DNA of 64,000 bases from Lophium mytilinum (Eukaryota). Shown piece by piece: positions 62,621-64,000 of this stretch. Position 1 is the stretch's first letter. The number at the start of each line of letters is the position of its first letter. A program made the translations under genes and the position numbers. Where the stretch lies: the NCBI GenBank assembly GCA_010093605.1, contig MU004194.1:1154323-1218322 (forward strand), in the 5' to 3' direction. The notes under the pieces were generated by a model. It did not search any database, was not told the DNA's origin, and saw only the letters and a list, made by a program, of their open reading frames with translations.

Positions 62621-64000
62621 CTATTTAGTGTCTAATCTCATATAGTCTACTATTTTAGTAAAACTACTTCCCACTAATGGTTTAGTGAATATATCAGCTA
62701 TTTGCTCCTTAGTATTAAGGTAGGCTAGCTTTATTAATCCATTTTGAACGTTTTCTCTTACAAAATAATATTGTATATCTATATGTTTAGTTTTTGAGTG
62801 GTGTTCAGGATTATTAGCTAATTCTATAGCTGATTGACTATCCGTAAATAGATAGAAGTCTTCTGTATTTTTAATATTAAGTTGTTTTAATATACTTATT
62901 AAGTATATATATTCTTTTATAGTTTCTTTTAAAGCCATATATTCAGCTTCGCAACTAGATAGTGCTACAGATTTCTGTAGTTTACTATTCCAGCTAATAG
63001 GGGTTTTTCCATAGGAGAAGTAGTAGCCAGTTGTTGATTTTCTTCCTATTATATCACCCCCGTGATCTGCATCGGAATATCCTAATAAATAGGGTGCTGG
63101 ATCACTAGGAGAAAATTTAACGCTAATTCCGTGCGTAGGCTTATATAATAAGTATTTCCAGATCCTTTCTAAGGCTTTAAAGTGAATAGGACTAGGATTA
63201 GACATAAAACAAGCGCATAGATTTACGCTATAGGCTATATCTGGTCTTATTTTTGTAGATAGATAAATAAGACTTCCAACTTATTGCTAGTATAGTTTTA
63301 TATCTTCTTTTAATGCCTGTTTATCGTTTTTCTCTAGTTTTATACCTATTTCTCCTAGTATAGAAACGGGGTTTAGTTTCTCTTTATTAAATCTTTTTAA
63401 TAGACTTTTTGTATACTTTTTCTAGCTTAGTAATAAGGTTCTTTCCTTTCTATTACGTATTATTTCCATGCCTAGAAAATAGGATATAGGGCCTAAGTTT
63501 GTTAATTCTAAGTCTTTACTTAGTTTTAATTGTAGATTTTCTATATCTTTTATATTTGGCCCAAATACTAATAAATTATCTACGTAGCAGACTATTATTA
63601 TATTTAGTTGCGTATTTTTAAATACTGCTTGCTCTGCAATAGTACTTTTAAAACCGTACTTTTCTAGATAGGTAGCTAGATGTATATACCACTGTCTAGG
63701 TGATTGTTTTAAACCGTATAAGGCTTTATTTAGTTTACAGACTTTATTACTATTGTTTTTATTAAAACCATGTGGTTGTTCCACGTAAAGTTCTTTATCT
63801 AATTCTGCATGCGTAAATGCATTTTTAAAGTCCCATTATATTATTTCCCAGTTATAATAGGTAGCTATTATAAGCAATAGCCTATATACTTCTGGGCGGC
63901 AGATATTAGCAAAGGTTTCTTCATAATCTACACCGTAGATTTAGCTAAAACCTTTTACTACCTATCTTGCCTTATATTTAGATATATTATTATCTATATC
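62621..64000 (-). pseudogene. Copia pol (RT-RNase H) with in-frame stops
   Basis: In-frame TAG/TAA stops break the frame into the 120-aa and 194-aa ORFs; the catalytic YVDD is changed to YVDN. Confidence 0.9.

Larger units (their letters stand above)
62268..64000 (-). mobile_element. Ty1/Copia LTR retrotransposon, 3' part (RT, RNase H, PPT, 3' LTR), RIP-damaged; continues beyond the window
   Basis: EQPHGF, KALYGLKQSPRQW, YVDN (YVDD), GYSDAD, SSCEAEY, KHIDIQY, ADIFTK; PPT AAGGGAGTG at 62416-62408; LTR 62407-62268 runs TGTAAGG...CCTTTGACA. Confidence 0.97.

Noticed and set aside
1..64000. tRNA, rRNA or riboswitch genes
   Set aside because: No cloverleaf, A/B-box or rRNA signature was recognised by eye. 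tRNAscan-SE and Infernal would be needed to exclude them.

Overview
This is a 64 kb window of a filamentous ascomycete (Pezizomycotina-type) nuclear genome, with short GT-AG introns and CTRAC branch points. Gene-dense blocks alternate with AT-rich islands showing Repeat-Induced Point mutation (RIP) at about 31.0-32.9, 35.4-39.3, 52.1-53.6 and 59.3-64.0 kb. Recognisable genes are the 3' part of PRP8, a LicD-family phosphotransferase, an F-box protein, a tyrosinase, a GH125 alpha-1,6-mannosidase, a CBM48/AMPK-beta-like protein, NDUFAF3/Mth938, an MFS transporter, two SDRs, a small secreted Cys-rich protein, MAD2 and GUF1 (divergent), a DUF2293 protein, a ~1750 aa low-complexity protein, an NAD(P)-binding epimerase-like protein and HAS1. 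The RIP islands resolve into a Ty1/Copia element at the right end, six further LTR copies of it plus one short fragment (three with exact 5-bp TSDs), and five short non-autonomous TIR elements. Three observations stand out: (1) a spliceosomal intron 3 nt from the PRP8 intein homing site; (2) a TE-flanked single-pass surface protein whose three 6-Cys modules arose by duplication of symmetric 132-bp phase-1 exons; (3) an inverted repeat bracketing the Copia PPT/LTR junction. All calls were made by eye, and no database searches were run.
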